A stretch of DNA of 64,000 bases from NCBI RefSeq assembly GCF_026571515.1, contig NW_026852214.1, positions 62,001-126,000 of the forward strand, read 5' to 3'. The position numbers and the translations under genes are program-made. The notes below the pieces were generated by a model that did no database searches, had not been told where the DNA came from, and saw only the letters and a program-made list of their open reading frames with translations. Every line of letters starts with the position of its first letter. Within the stretch, counting starts at the first letter, position 1. The DNA comes from Ruditapes philippinarum (lineage: Eukaryota). Of this stretch, positions 62,348-64,000 are shown in pieces.

Positions 62348-64000
62348 TTAAACTAAACTAATAATTTCTAATGTACAATTGTGAAAAAAAAGATATACCT
62401 TATTGTAAGTTTTTAAAATCATTTGAAATGAATTGTAACACGTTTACTTTGGTAAATCAACTTACTATTTATTAGCCTAGTTCTACAGTTAACATTAACC
62501 AAATTACATTGGTCAAACTTCAATATTCTTGACCAATTTCATTTTGTAAATCTTACTTACAAACAATGACCTATACATAATATGACAAAATTTTTATCTA
62601 TAAAATCTTAGCCAAAAAATCTAGTCATTTCTTCTTTCAACATAACAACAAAAATTTCTTATAACTTCACTGTTTGAAATTACTTTAAATGATCACATAT
62701 GACAACTTCAAATACCCCAAACAATTTCAACTTTAATTTGTTCACATTTAATTTTTTTGTATTCAAATAAAATGTTTAGCTGATAACAAAACAAATCAAT
62801 ACCAGTTATTGATTACACAAATAAAACTATAAAATACTTAAAAATATAAATACCAAAAATGCTTAGAGGTAAAGTCCATCTGTATATACACTGGTACGTA
62901 ATAAAAAAATCCACTTTTTACGATAAATATATAAATTCCTCACAAGTTTTAAATATTCACAGGCAATTACACCAATTCACCACTTGCTATAACTTCTAAA
63001 TCCACTACGAATATCGTCACTACGTTACACTATTTTACTATTCTAAATATATTTTTGTAACAGCTAAAAAATTTGTTTAGTTTTGTATTTTCATAAACAT
63101 TTAAGAAAACCGACGAAATTAAGTCAACTTATGATGTCACATCAATAACAAACTGGGTTAATTTCCATTTTTTGGTAACAACAACGTAAATATATCCTGG
63201 TTAAACGACAATCCCTCAAAAAAAAAAATCCAACAACGCGACACGTTAAAGTCGTCAGTTCATCCTTTACGAAAAAACTATTACAAAAGAATACAGTACC
63301 GGCAACCATAATACATACCTACGGGGCGATTATAATACCTTTACATACAAAACTATCGGAGAGGTAAAAATATTTTACCACTACTGTAAGCTTGATTTAA
63401 GTCGTAACTTAACAATCCATATATAGACCTTAATATTCCGTTGCAAGGTAAAATATCTGACCGACACAACATTAATGCATTTAAATTTGTGCTGATTTTG
63501 AGATCTATAAATTTTACCTTAGTGTATACATGGTACAGGGAGATTAAGAGTTATGGTATAGAATTTATTTTAAATACTAAAATGCAATAGTACCCCGGAA
63601 GATAAACAATATTAGAATGCTTGATTATTGGATGCTGTTACCCGTGACCACACCCCCACTTATTTACGTACCATTATTTACAAGTTGTAGTTTTAGAAAT
63701 AAATATGTAAAAAGCTGTGGATGTGGTGACAGCAACATCTTCTAGGGTATGCTAAGCTATAATAACTAGATGTGTTCAAATTAAGCCCTTTAAAGTTTAA
63801 ATAACTAGATGCATAAGTCCAAGTCCCTTAAATTAAAATTTCATTGATAAAATTTCAGAATAGGGCAAGTCTTTTTAAGGCACATTGTCCCTTAGAAACA
63901 ATTAAGTTTTTCCATCTTTGAAAAGGACAAACATGATTTTAATAATATTAGATAACAGTTTTACAGCATGTTAGTTGCTTATTAACTAAAGAAGTAGTGC

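Overview
AT-rich eukaryotic DNA, not prokaryotic. The repeat families (GACCTTGACCTTTGACC satellite-bearing Helentron-type elements, CAGCATGGATCCAGACCAGCC foldback MITEs, tRNA-derived SINEs) are of the kind typical of bivalve, probably venerid clam, genomes; this is an inference. Three host genes are supported. Two are tandem, highly diverged two-exon MAIP1-like mitochondrial genes on + (A: 3645-4108 + 6374-6623; B: 19321-19898 + 23103-23337) sharing one phase-2 intron position. The third is a single-coding-exon 973-aa disordered, motif-rich protein on - (39085-42006). An intact CR1-type LINE (PHD-APE-RT, single ORF, 2A-like DIEPNPGP) ends about 100 bp upstream of gene B's ATG. Its ORF is bracketed by a GTAAGT donor and a strong acceptor, and its tail is (ATG-TAG)x3, so it may be spliced out of, or regulate, the host transcript. 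The rest is dense with non-autonomous DNA transposons (many with clear TIRs and TSDs), SINE relics and mini/satellites. All calls are by eye; no database searches were run.
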